Shown: positions 11,599 through 24,110 of the stretch, in pieces
Position numbering within the stretch: position 1 is the first letter of the stretch
Layout of the letters: each line of letters begins with the position of its first letter
Source: Octopus vulgaris
Lineage: Eukaryota
DNA length: 64,000 bases
Assembly (NCBI GenBank): GCA_951406725.2
Contig: OX597833.1
Coordinates: 71,672,001 to 71,736,000, forward strand
Reading direction: 5' to 3'
Notes under the pieces: generated by a model
The model's input: the letters and a program-made list of their open reading frames with translations, nothing else
Database searches by the model: none
What the model was told of the DNA's origin: nothing
Program-made: the position numbers and the translations under genes

Positions 11599-13148
11599 TA
11601 CATAGCTGTGTGGTTAAGAAGCTTGCTTTCCACCCCTGTGGTCTCAGGTTCAAAGGGCACACTATGCAGCACTTTGGGCAAGTGTCTTTTTTCTGTAGCC
11701 CCAGGCCAACCAAAGGCTTGTGAGTGGCTTTGGTAGACAGACACTGTAAGATGCCCATTGTGTGTGGGGGTTTCTACCGTTGTCCTGACATCACATGATC
11801 GTTATAAATGAGCATCGTCATCATACAAGTGAGGCTGTTCGTTTTCAACGTTCCATAATGAACCTATTTGGTCGTGGAGAAATATGACCTTGTTTGGGAA
11901 CGGGTGAGGATTGACAACAGGAGGGGGGCATCTGGCCATAGAAAATCTGTCTCAACAAATTTTATCTGACCCATGCAAGCGTGGAAAATTGGATGTTAAA
12001 TGATGATGATGATAATGATAGCTATCATAAACACTCCTTGACCTCTTACTATTTCTAACCACCCTGGGTCTACCATCTTTGAATTTATTTTCCTAATATT
12101 TTTATTAATGTTAAAAATGGACAACCACTTGAAAAAGATAAAAATCACATCTTTCACTCAGTGAATCCAAGTCAACGAGTGAACCTGCCAGAAATAGCAA
12201 CCAAATTTCCCTCAAGTTCCAATCTAAAGAAATACATGTTGAATCATGTGACCCTTGGTTTGTTATAATCAAGATGAAACTGACAGGAATGTCTTTGGTT
12301 ATAGGTTTCCTCAATCAGGATTGACCCAGGGCTAAACAACAACTGTTACCATTTTCAATTTCCTGGCACCAACTAATATGGCCAATGAAATCTTTAAGAT
12401 ATGATTACAATATCTCCATCATCATCATTTGCTGATTTAGAAGTGGTGGCCACTAAGATTCTGTAAAACTTAAGACTCTCTGGTCCTCTACTAATTTTAA
12501 TTTTGAAACAGGTTGTATGCAATTAGAGCAACTATCAGACTATCTACTAATAACACAAGCCACTTTACACAATCTCCCATCCCCTCGTTATGCTAATTAT
12601 TCAGAGCCTCACCCCCACCGACCTTACTAAAAGTTTATTCCTCTTTCATTCCATCTTGGACAGACTTTAAGTTAAAGGACTGAGAGAGATTTGCTCAATT
12701 TGTCAAATTTCTCTCAAAGGGAAAAAAGAAACCCCTTAAGCTTCTTCCTCAAACAGCACTGTACCATCTTAAAAACACGATGGGATGGTCATCATGATTG
12801 GAATGCTTTTGATCATAGATCTGCTTGGTCAGCGTTGATGTGCGGGGTTAAACCCCACCACCAGAAAACATAAATAATACCAACAGAATTTTATTAAATA
12901 GGCAGGAAATCTTAGATGTTCAGGGTTTTCTAGCCAAACCAATTCTTTTTCAACCCTGTTCATTACAGGAATATATGAGGATTCAGAAGTAAATGCTTGG
13001 GTCCAAGGAAACTAGCGAGGATCAGTGTTTGCAGTTAGTGAATCCAAACAGTTCTAAAAAAGGAATCAACTGGTTTTCTGTAATAAGGGGGAAATGTTTA
13101 GCATTTCAGGCAGAACCCCCTTCATCAGAGAATATATATATCTATATC

Positions 13149-13274
13149 CTTTCATCCTTTCGGGGTCGATAAATAAAGTACCAGTTTCGCACTGGGGTCG
13201 ATGTAATCGACTTAATCCCTTTGTCTGTCCTTGTTTGCCCCTCTGTGTTTAGCCCCTTGTGGGCAATAAAGAAA
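13149..13274 (+). mobile_element. 5'-truncated family-2 SINE with target-site duplication
   Basis: Flanked by the direct repeat atatatatctatatcc (~13134-13149 and ~13276-13291). Confidence 0.75.
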
Positions 13275-13287
13275 TATATATATCTAT

Positions 13288-13800
13288 ATCCAAATAGAGG
13301 GAATGGAGCAGGTAGAAAAAGAAAAAGACTACATGTGTTTCCCAGCTAGTAGACCCTTGGAAGTAATGATTACTCAATGAGGGGGTCCTCCACTAGCTAC
13401 TCATCAGGCTGAAGATACCTTAGTTAAATGGAGATTACATTGTCATTAAGGAATCCCAAGTTAACTCGCCAGAGATATAATTTAAAAGTCGTTAGTAGAG
13501 TCCCTCTTATTGAGTAATTATTACTTTCGAGGATCTGCTAGCTAGGAAACATATGTAGTCAGGATTTTACCTGCTTCATTGCCACAATTTGGATTTTCAT
13601 TTGCATTCATGGCAATCCTACTTGCTGGGAACTAGAAAGACACTTTTTTCAGCTTATTGAACTTTGATATGAGAAAAACCTACAACCTTCCATGTCAATA
13701 AACTATTATTATTTCTGAAAGTTATATTTTTTTATACCTACCACGGACTGCTTGAGGCTTACTCACTTCCTATACCTAGATACCTGGATCTTACAATTAC
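13288..13800 (+). mobile_element. Palindromic Penelope-like derivative with a hammerhead in the left arm
   Basis: Arms ~13288-13398 / ~13491-13594, tail to (TA)n at 13807. Minus strand 13407-13327: CTGATGA-gtagctagtgga...tctactagct-gg-GAAA-cacatg-TA-gtc. Confidence 0.65.
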
Positions 13801-15030
13801 ATATCAATATATATATATGTATATATATATATATAATGATTTTAATGTCCCCTTTTCTAAGTGTGCATGGGGTGAAAGGAATTTGTTGAAGTAGATTTTC
13901 AGTGGTCAAATGTCCTTCCTGTTGCCAACTCTCACCTGTTTCCAAGCATGCTAATATTTCTCCATCACTGAACAAATTTCCATGGAAGAATTGAAACAAA
14001 CAACCTGACTTGTATGCTGGTGAGGCTCATTTACAGTTATCACATGACATCAAGACAAGCAGACACACCCATATTCAATGGCTTTATTTCACTTTCCATC
14101 TAGCAAATCACGTGGCTTAGATTGACCTGGGGTTAATTGACTCAAGAGCTGAGGGTTTCATACATTACACTGATCATAAATGCCATGCATGACACTCAAC
14201 ATTTAAGTCACTTTATAGCTTTATATATATATATATTACAATCCAGCAGCCATCAGAAGGAGACAACAACCAGTACCATGAGAATTTTCTAAGAAAAACA
14301 AGTGGACTTCCCGAATATATGAAATAGTAATTTCTTTTTCTCTTACAGCATGACTAAATTGGTTTAAAAGTATTGAAACCGGTAGCATATTTAGATTAAA
14401 TTGTAAAAATATTTTCTTTTTATTCATAAAATTCTTAAAGCATTTTCTCTTTTTTTTATATAAATTTCCTAGCCATCTTTGCTCCTCAAAATGTTTCTTT
14501 ATTTCAGCTGACATATTCCTCAAAGCTCCCTCTACTCTCAAGAGGTAACACAGCTCCTCATTTGTTAAATGCCTTTCATCAAGGCTGCCCGAACTGCACA
14601 AATCAAACTGTTGAACAATCCAAAGTGTAGTTTGCAGAGTAGATTAGAAGAAAGAAAGCCCACACATGTGTATGCGAGCATGTGTGCATGCATACGTGCA
14701 TGTATATAACACAACGACTGAACAAACATGCATAGAACAATGCCAACACCACAGAAGCAGAGAAGAAAACAGCAGTCCAACATGCACAACATCAACAACA
14801 ACATGTAATCAGTAACCAGTAACATTATGTGTACACACACACACACACACACACAAACACAGAATCTTGTTGTCCCAATAGCATAAAAACCTTAATTTAT
14901 AGCAGACAACTGCAACAACATTAAAAGCACCCACTTCAATAATAATAACTAATTTGTCACAAAAATACACAAGTTCAAGATTTGGGAAGTTTATTTTATA
15001 TTTATTTACTAAAAAAAATTAATAAAACAG

Positions 15031-15064
<34 letters not shown>

Positions 15065-15523
15065 TGTTTAAAATTTTGGTAGAAGTACAGCAATATTGGG
15101 GGAGGTGGGGTAAATCAATTACATCAACCCCAGTAGAAAACTGGTACATATTTTATTGACTCTGTAAGGAAAATAAAAAGGCAAAGTCGACTTTGGTGGA
15201 ATTTGAATTTGGAATGTAAAGACGTGGAAGAAATGTTGCTAAGCATTGTTTGTCTGACATGTTAACAGTTCTGCCAGCTTAATTATAATAATAATTATTT
15301 CAAATTTTTGCCACAAGGGCACTTGGGGAAGGTGGGGGGTAAGTCAGTTCCATCGACACCAGTGTTCAACTGACTCTTATTTTATCAACCCCGAAAGGAT
15401 GAAAAGGCAAAGTCGACCTCGCTGGAATTTGAACTCAGAACAAAGCAATGAACGAAATACTGCTAAGCATTTTGTCCAGCGTGCTAATGGTTCTGCCAGT
15501 TCACCACCTTAATAATAATAATG

Positions 15524-15558
<35 letters not shown>

Positions 15559-15688
15559 TGGAAAAATTAATGGAATTCAGTAAAAATATAGATAGAATTT
15601 CACAATTTCTTTTGAAACCTTAATAAGTGGATGATTGTCCTTTTTCAGTTTTAAATTGTATTTTCCATGTTTCAGTGGTCATGAGATT

Positions 15689-16482
15689 TTACACAGCGAG
15701 ACTAGTCTGTGGGCCATTGAAATGCCTCCAGATCATGAAAAGGAATTTGGTCACCAAAGTCACAGAACTAAGAATTAGCATCACCAGAACAACAATCCCA
15801 ATTCTGTCGATGCTGTTGACATCAACTTGTTTATGAACGACCCCGGAGAAGACAATCACCAACATGATGTAAGGGCTGAGCAGATATCGGGTGAAGGTGT
15901 CGAGGATGGCTATGTCCAAGGTGAACCAGGTGACTATGAGAACAACCAGGATGCAGAGCGGAACCAGGTCGCTGATGTAACGGCTCACCTCCCATCTGTA
16001 GTATAGGGCTATGTCCAGGTTCATGTGCATCAACAAGGCGACCCAGGTGCCAAAGAAGGCAATGCCGTTATGGACGAGCAGCTGGATGAGACAGGCCTGA
16101 GTGCCAAAGCTGCTCTTAATTAGTGTGTCCCCATAAAGGTAGAGATAGTAGATCGATATGCCAAGGGTGGTGAAAGAGAAGACGGTCATGGTGAGTGCCA
16201 CGAAGAAGCTAGCAATGAAGAAGGATCGGTCGTAAAGGATGAACCAGCTGATGTTGAGGCAGAGGGTGATGGCAAAGATCAGATAGAACTTAGAGGGAAA
16301 CACATCGGGTTCAAGGTAAAGGTAACTATCGCCGCTCACAGTACAGATTGTAGACACACAGAAGAGAAGCCAGGCAGCCATCCATATGTAGACGGCATAC
16401 CAGATATTGAAAGTCCAGTTTGCAGGCGAGAATCCTGTAGCGTAGATATTAGAAATATTGCGAATGGATGAAGTGTAGATAC
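15689..16482 (-). CDS. Terminal coding exon A (7 TM) of the TspO/MBR-related membrane protein; with the 30.3 kb exon gives 299 aa
   Basis: Acceptor cctttccag|GTATCTACAC at 16483/16482, phase 1. Reads (G)IYTSSIRNISNIYATGFSPANWTFNIWYAVYIWMAAW...NGIAFFGTW...PYIMLV...IWRHFNGPQTSLAV-TAA(15691-15689). 106+794=900 nt, in frame. The PA.WTF.IW..(I/V)Y motif is typical of this family (recalled as PANTHER PTHR33802-like; not verified). Confidence 0.9.
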
Positions 16483-18088
16483 CTGGAAAGGGAAGAGGTG
16501 GTTAGTAGGTTAGAGGAGAAGCAAAATAAAAAGGGGTTAGACAGGTCAGAGGTGGACAAAGAGTTCAGGGCTGAAACTGAAAAGGGAAAATGTATTTTAT
16601 TCCGTGTTTTACAGAATTTTTATGATACATTCTGAAAGCCATTGAGAATTTTTAGATGCTGTAAAAGTGAACATTTCTTAAAATATATCTTTTATTTCTT
16701 TATTCTAAGTCAAACTATTATTTTAAAAAAACCCAACGAAATGTGAGGGGTATATTGGATGAATAATGTGGTCCAAAATAAGCTATATCTTGAAAGGCAG
16801 AATGATCATGAGTGGAAAACCTTCAATTATATGTCTGCTCCACCAGGTGCAACCTAAGGTGGAACAACATCAGGAACTGGATCTTGGAGAGAAGGGTTTT
16901 GTTCCGCTTCTTTCGGGTAAGTTATTAACCCTTTATATGAGTTAACCTCAACCGTAAGACCCAACATTCTGCAGCTCATCTGTTTTAAGATTAGGGAGAA
17001 ATTAATCCTTCAAGGCCTACTTTGTGATGAGATTTATTACAGCAATCAACAATTTTGGATTCTATATTTTATAGCCCATTTGTCGACCAATAGCATCATT
17101 GGTCAGAGGTTTCCAAGAGGCCATTGGTTTACTCCATTTCCAATGGTAAGAGTGAGAAGGGAGTAACTGTGTAACTCAACAAATACCACAAGGTACTTTT
17201 GTTCAAAAGCACCAGTTTATTGATTTTCTTGCCAACATTTACACGTTTTGTTTTTATAAATTGCCAGAAGATAGAACACATGCATATGTGAAGGGCTTTT
17301 CACAATTTCTGTCACCAAATTCTACTCCCAAGGCACTGGTCAACCCATGGCCGTGATAGAAGAACACTTGCCCACGGTGACGGCAGTGAGACTGAGCCAA
17401 GAATTGGAGGTTTTCAAACCAAACCTCTTAACCATCCAGTCATACTACTGCCACCTGGTGGTATCTTTGTTGCAGGTGGGATTTTCTCTCTTGTTTGTTT
17501 TTACTTTGGAATGTTTGAATCTTCATCCACATAACAGCAGCAGCAGCATTTCCTCCAAGAGAAAACTCAAAAGTTGTTTCTTAGTTCATTCTTTATGAAT
17601 TAATATTAGTTCAGAGTTCCTCACAGATACACACTAGAAACCCATCGGATCACAATGGATAACCCACAGCCCCTACACGGACTGAACCAGCCACACTTGG
17701 GTGTTCAGATGATTGTGATGTGAGCAGCTGAATGGAAGAATGGAAAGTTAGCAGGTTAAGTTAGTGAAGCCAGAGAAAGGGGTTAGAAAGCATTTATTTA
17801 TTTACATGGAATAGGAAGGAGTTCAAAAGTTAAACAGAGGTTTTCGAAGAGCATCAAAAAGGGGTTAGAAAGCTGGACTTGAAAGATTTTAATGAAGAAA
17901 TACAAGTCTCTTTAGATCCAATGTATGGATGGATCCAGTTAAGATAGTCTGGAGAATATCAGTGGACATATTTGGGTAGATAAAGGGTAGCTTAACACAG
18001 TAAATTATTTGGTATCTGCAACTGAAGCAGTATTAAATTAAAATAGCCACCTCTCTATCATATTTAATGAATACATACACTGTTGGTA

Positions 18089-18321
18089 GGCCAGTTACTG
18101 TAGCATTTGTCCTGAGATAACATCAGTTATGGATGGGTTATGTTAAAAACAACAAATATGTGAGGGAGACAAAAATCCATTCCAGCAATGGCCAGTGAGA
18201 ACACCAGATGCATTTTGGCCACTTTTGGGACAAATTTTCATCTTCCTCTGATATTTTCTGTGTTTTTAACAGCACAACTATAAAATATGTTATCTCAGGA
18301 CAAGTACCACAGTAATTGGCC
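18089..18321. mobile_element. MITE with ~35-60 bp imperfect TIRs
   Basis: ggccagttactgtagcatttgtcctgagataacat / atgttatctcaggacaagtaccacagtaattggcc. Confidence 0.7.
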
Positions 18322-19627
18322 CATCAAAGGTGTATATACAGCCAGATATGAAAATGGCTACAGTAATTATATTTATTATTTTTCAAGAATGTCAAACACT
18401 GACTGAACAGATAAACGAAAACAAATTGTAAAGAAAGCATATCAAAGGCAACAACGTAGCCACAATTTTGGGAAAGTCCCAGAAGAAGTCCCGGCACCGT
18501 GTGGGTTGGCATTTAGGAAATACTTTGAAGAAAGGCTACAATTTTAAAACCTGTATTGAATACTCATATAAAACAAGTCACCAAGGGAATCTCTCAATTG
18601 ATTGCTAGAAATAGCAGCCAAGTCTCCCTCAAACCATACACTACTTTATTAAAAAATGAAAGGAGACATTAGATAATGTAGTCCTAGGTACACAATATCT
18701 AAAAATAGGAAGGATTTTTACAAACAGTAGTTTTGATGATAGAGTTACCCTGGAGCTAAAACAGATGCATTGCCTTATTTGAAATCTGTTCCCTGTTTAA
18801 ATCCTGAACCCTAACCCTAACCCTTCTTCTCTAGATCCTAATATACCCTAACGTCTACAGGTGTGACACTGGTAATGCATAACTTTCATCCAGCTCTGCC
18901 ACCAGAATCTGGTAATTAGCTGGTCAGTAATTATCTCGTTGAGGTTTCCCAATCTCTCTGCTTAACTGCTTCCAGTCTTGCTCCTCAGCAATTATACTCG
19001 GAGTCAATTCATTCTTACAATGCTTACAAGCTTTACCTAAGAAGACATCTCGAACCAATGGAAGGCATTTTTCTATTAATAAAGAATGATAATTATTCTT
19101 TTACTTTATTAATAGAAATAGCTGATGAATGATCAGGGATCTGGTTACAATGGATGTGATTGGCAAACAAACCCCGACTGGTTAACTTTACTAAATTAAA
19201 CATCACAAGCCATCGTTAGATAATTAACAGTGCATGTATATTTATTAACTTGTTAATTATCAAATCAAACAATGAATAGGAAATGTTGTTTGGTGTTCTT
19301 GTTTATTAAGGAAAACCAAATGACTGGCTCAATTAGTGTCTTAACCTTAATTGCTATTGTTGATTAATTCAAAGAGTGATGAAGTTAGCATTGGGACATT
19401 TGGGTCTCATTAAGCTTTGGGAATTGAAAAACATCAAAAAGCAATTTTTAGACCATTTAAGGGACAAATCGAATTCCATGCCAATGTATATGAATAAAAA
19501 TGATAATCTGTGCTAAGTGATACAAGAGGAGACACAGTGGTAAGGCACTGTCAAGGAAGCTGAACAGCAGGTCTTCAGAAACCCTCTTCAGGCAAGTGTT
19601 TTGACCTTTAATTTCTTATACTCAGCA

Positions 19628-19971
19628 TTGCCCCACTGGCACTTGTGCCGGTGGCCCGTGAACAAAACATTCGAGCGAGGTGGTTGCCAGGGCTGCTGGA
19701 CCGACTCCTGTGCAGGTGGCATGTAAAAAACACCATTTTCGAGCATGGCCGTTGCCAGTATCGCCAGACTGGCCCTCATGCTGGTGGCACTTTAAAAGCC
19801 CCCATTACACTCTCGGAGTGGTTGGCATTAGGAAGGGCATCCAGCTGTCAAAACTCTGCCAGATCAAGATTGGAGCCTGGTGCAGCCGTCTGGTTCGCCA
19901 GTCCTCAGTCAAATCGTCCAACCCATGCCAGCATGGAAAGCGGACGTTAAGCGATCATGATGATGATGATG
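19628..19971 (+). mobile_element. RTE 3'UTR-derived copy with internal ~60-bp repeats
   Basis: Matches 23580-23888; (GAT)n tail. Confidence 0.8.
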
Positions 19972-21470
19972 ACTCTAAAGGGGCTGGACTGCATCAAAGT
20001 CATGACTCGTGGATGCCATTTCGCTGACCCTTTCTTGCTACTTGGCTATAGGACACTTTGTGCCTGTAAACCACTTGGAGATCTCGTCAGTGCTGCATGA
20101 GCAACATCTCCACACAGTGTGTGGTGTGACGCAGGAGGAGGAGGAGGAAGACATTGTAGTCTTGCTTCATAAACCTCTCATGATGTCTCTGACTGAAATT
20201 CTCTACTTTATTACTGACAAGGTGAATTCATTTGATTTAGATTATAGTTTGTAATGTAGAAGGGGCCAAAGGGAAAATAACACAAAGACCTATTTCTTTA
20301 TTACCCACAAGGAGCTAAACACAGAGGGGACAAACAAGGACAGACATAGGTATTAAGTCGACCCCAGTGCGTAACTGGTACTTAATTTATCGACCCCGAA
20401 AGGATGAAGGGCAAAGTCGACCTCGGCGGAATTCGAACTCACAACGTAACGTAGACGAAATACCGCTAAGTATTTCGCCCGGCGTTCTAACAAAGACCAT
20501 TTACTCCACTTTTTCAGGTGGAAGAAAAAAACTTAGACCACGAGAGGAAGAAGATATCTTAAACCAATGCCAACAGGAATTAAAACATTACTATAACAAC
20601 AACAGCAACAGTCAAAAATAGGTTTTTTTTTTTTGTTTTTTTGTTTACTGCTGCCATTGTTAGAATGGCAGACTTCTTTTAATATCAGAGACAGACAGAC
20701 AGATGCCTGTTATTAAGTTTTGAAGGAAGACGGCTGCGTAAGAGAAGTGTTGAAGTGTTTTTTTCTTTTCTTTTTGGAAAATATAAACATAGTGAACTGA
20801 ACTGTCCTCGGCTGGGAATTGAAACTGTATTGTAGTCTCAGCTGGTCAAGTAAGAACTTACCTCTTTTTTTATACTAACCACATTATGGAGTGATTAAAA
20901 CAAAACAAAATTTAACAAGCAAAACAAAACCTGGAACAGATGATATTGGTTTCAAATTTTGGCACAAGGCCAGCAAGTTTGGGGAGGGAATGGATAAGTT
21001 GATTACATTGACCCCCCCCCCAGTGTGCAACTGGTACTTATTTTATTGACCCTGAAAGGTAACGTGAACCTTGGTAGAATTTGAACTCAGAACAGGAAGA
21101 CAAACAAAATGCCACAAGAGATTTTATTTTGCCTGGGATGCTGACGGTTCTGGATCAAAGGATATTCTCCAGATAATCCAATCATTGAACGGATTCTAAT
21201 TAATAAACCAAAACCATTAATAAAAAAATACAATTATCAGACGAAGAATAAAACTGAAAAATCTTTTTTTGTAATATCATTATCATATTACAAGATGTGT
21301 TATGATGCTGTATTATGTAATACTGTATCACATGATAAAATGATATGCCATGATACCATGGCAACAAGATGTATGATACATCATATTATACACCATGTCA
21401 ACAGCTTTAACGTCGTCCAATGTTGACAGGCAATATGTCACTAAGAAATCATTTTGTAGTTTTATAACGA

Positions 21471-21650
21471 AAAGGTTAACAGTAACTTCAAAGTTTCAGC
21501 TATGCAACTTCCATCAGACAGTCGAATGAAGGTTAGGCAGCTTAGATTGCAAAACAATTGCCAACCCTTTGCTTGTTAAAAATAAAAGAGATAACTGCGA
21601 CTCTGCTGAAAAATATTGATCGATTCTTCAATTTGATGTGTCACTAACCT
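21471..21650. mobile_element. Older relative of the 1551 palindrome with a better-preserved hammerhead core
   Basis: Shares aaggttaacagtaact..aagttt..tcagacagtc with 1564-1614. Minus strand: CTGATGG-a-agtt-gcat-agct-GAAA-ctttgaag-TT-actg. Confidence 0.6.
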
Positions 21651-21675
21651 AACGTTTATATTTTGTGTTTGTGTG

Positions 21676-21975
21676 AAGGGTGCATGGCTGGGTGGTGCTG
21701 GTATTCAGCTCAGGGTGGTGAGTTTGATTCCTGGTGGGGGCCTTGAGCAAGAAACATTTTATTCCACTGCCTCAGTCCACTCAGCTGGGAAAATCGAATT
21801 TTACCTGTAATTCATTGGGGGCCAACCTTGTTGTATTCTGTGTCAGGCTGAATCTCCCTGAGACCTATGTTAAGGGTACACGTGTACAAGCAAGCTGTTC
21901 CATTGATCGGATCATATGGAACACTGGTCATCCTAACTGACAGAATGCCAGTCATCTTTGGTGTGTACCGTTTGA
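21676..21975 (+). mobile_element. Diverged tRNA-derived SINE (family 3)
   Basis: Shares gtgtca.gctgaatctccctgaga.cta.gttaagggtacacgtgt and gttcc.ttgatcggatca with the reverse complement of 49086-49475. Confidence 0.7.
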
Positions 21976-22610
21976 GGTTATGACCTGCTGATGTTGAGTT
22001 CATCCTCTTGCAGTCTGCATCCAGTCAAAGGGTTTCACTACCTCTTTGTCATAATTCCAGTTGTTATACACAGAACAAATGTCAGAGAAATTATGATAAG
22101 ACAAGTTGAAAATTTATATCCATTTTATATCCGTAACCCTATATAAAACCAGACATTGATAAGACGAGATATATTGTTATGTGATATCAAGATGGAGATA
22201 CGCTCACTGGGATATTGCAATGTTACATTTCATATCTGACATCATTAATCATATAAAATGTTAAATGGTGTCGCTGAAAGCAAAGCAAGCAGGGAAAATC
22301 TGAAGGAGGAATTGTTGTTGAAGCTAATAAAATGAAGCAAGGGTGAGTTCTTCTGAATAATTACTGGACACAGCTTCACTGGGGTTCTTCTTTTTTTTTT
22401 TTTGGTGGTTGGGGTGGGGAGCAGAGTGCTAAGAAGATATAATATTCTTTACAACTCAGACAACTTTCCACACAAAAAATGTCAACTTCTTCCTCCTCCA
22501 ACAAGAATGCAAACAACTTAAATGTTGTTATTATTTAGCTGCTCCAGCTCAGCACTCCAATCAGTTGATCATAGATCTGTGTGTGTGTGTTTATATAAAT
22601 AAACAAACAA

Positions 22611-22720
22611 AAATGGCATTCAACTCATTTGCTAAGAGTCACATATATTTTTAAATAACAGTTTGACTGTCTGACTTAAAGTTTTGTGGGTGTGTAGAGG
22701 CACCCATCTCATCAGGTAGC
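22611..22720 (-). mobile_element. Solo Penelope-like end with a hammerhead motif
   Basis: Minus 22715-22671: CTGATGA-ga-tgggtg-cctctaca-caccca-c-AAAA(GAAA with G>A)-ctttaag-TC. Confidence 0.6.
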
Positions 22721-22779
22721 AGGAGAAGAATACGAAATCTGAGACAGTCAAGATGGTTTCTAGATGTTAGCTCTCTCTT

Positions 22780-22814
<35 letters not shown>

Positions 22815-22826
22815 TACATATACATT

Positions 22827-23888
22827 CCAGGGAGAAAAACTAGAAAAAGTTGATAGCTTCCGTTACCTATGTGACCAAATCAGTAGCGGGGGCAGGTGTG
22901 CTGAAAGTGTAACTGCTAGAGTAAGAATAGCCTGGGCAAAGTTCAGAGAGCTCTTACCTCTGCTGGTGACAAAAGGCCTCTCGCTCAGAGTAAAAGGTAG
23001 ACTGTATGACGCATGTGTACGAACAGCCATGCTACATGGCAGTGAAACATGGGCTGTGACTGCTGAGGATATGTGTAAGCTCGCAAGGAATGAAGCCAGT
23101 ATGCTCCGATGGATGTGTAATGTCAGTGTTCATACTCGGCAGAGTGTAAGTACCTTGAGAGAAAAGCTGGACCTAAGAAGCATCAGTTGTGGTGTGCAAG
23201 AGAGACGTTTGCGCTGGTATGGTCATGTGGCGAGAATGGATGAAGATAGTTGTGTGAAAAAGTGCCACACCCTAGCGGTTGAGGGAACCTGTGGAAGAGG
23301 CAGACCCAAGGAAAACCTGGGATGAGGTGGTGAAGCACGACCTTCGAACTTTAGGTCTCACCGAGGAAATGACTAGAGACCAAGACCTATGGAAGTATGC
23401 TGTGCGTGAGAAGATCCGGCAGGACAAGTGAGGCCATAACCCGTGGCCTCTACCTCGGATATAGCCAGTCCACTTATGCATACCTTTCCTTCTTGGGACA
23501 CAAAACTCTACTTGTGAAGACCTGTTGAGGCAAGTGAAAATCGAAATCGATCAACATCAATGGAAATTGCAGCTGTGGTACCAGTGCTGGTGGCACATAA
23601 GAGAACCATCCAAATGTGGCCATTGCCAGCACCGCCCTGATTGGCCTCCGTGCCGGTGGCATGTAAAAAGCACCATCCGATCGTGGCCGTTGCCAGCCTC
23701 GGCCGGCACGTAAAAAGCACCCACTACACTCACGGAGTGGTTGGCGTTAGGAAAGGCATCCAGCTGTAGAAACACTGCCAGATCAGACTGGGCCTGGTGC
23801 AGCCTTCTGGCTTCCCCGACCCCAGTTGAACCGTCCAACCCATGCTAGCATGGAAAGCGGACCTTAAACGACGATGATGATGATGATA
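22827..23888 (+). mobile_element. RTE-clade LINE, 5'-truncated (ORF2 C-terminus + 3'UTR)
   Basis: GEKLEKVDSFRYL...RVKGRLYDACVRTAMLHGSETWA...RRLRWYGHVARM...GRGRPK/TWDEVV...DK*, followed by a ~450-bp 3'UTR ending in (GAT)n. Confidence 0.92.
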
Positions 23889-24110
23889 TATTTAGAGAAA
23901 GATTTTTTTCAAAAAGTTAAGATTAAGAAAAAAACTTTTTAGAGAGTAGAATGGTACTAACCTTTAGGGTGGAATTTCACAAATTGTGAAATTCCTTCCT
24001 AAAGGTTAGTGCCATTCTACTCTCTAAAAAGTTTTTTTTTTTGTAAATCTTAACTTTGTGAAAAAAATCTTTCTTTAAATATTATAACTGTATCAAGTAA
24101 TTTCCTAAAT
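23888..24110. repeat. ~95-bp-arm near-perfect palindrome with a short tail; no hammerhead core visible
   Basis: Arms 23888-23982 / 23984-24082 with a 1-nt loop. Confidence 0.85.

Noticed and set aside
14236-14601. 121-aa minus-strand ORF (ERHLTNEELCYLLRVEG...) as an extra exon
   Set aside because: No recognisable homology, a weak acceptor, and the phase-1 frame stops after nine codons.
14565-14852. Hydrophobic minus-strand ORF as the missing first exon for exon B
   Set aside because: Composition-driven (TG-rich), no similarity to the 30.3 kb exon and no phase-1 donor; probably 3'UTR of exon A.
18808-18823. Interstitial telomere (CCCTAA)n
   Set aside because: Under three units; compatible with chance or a small repeat remnant.
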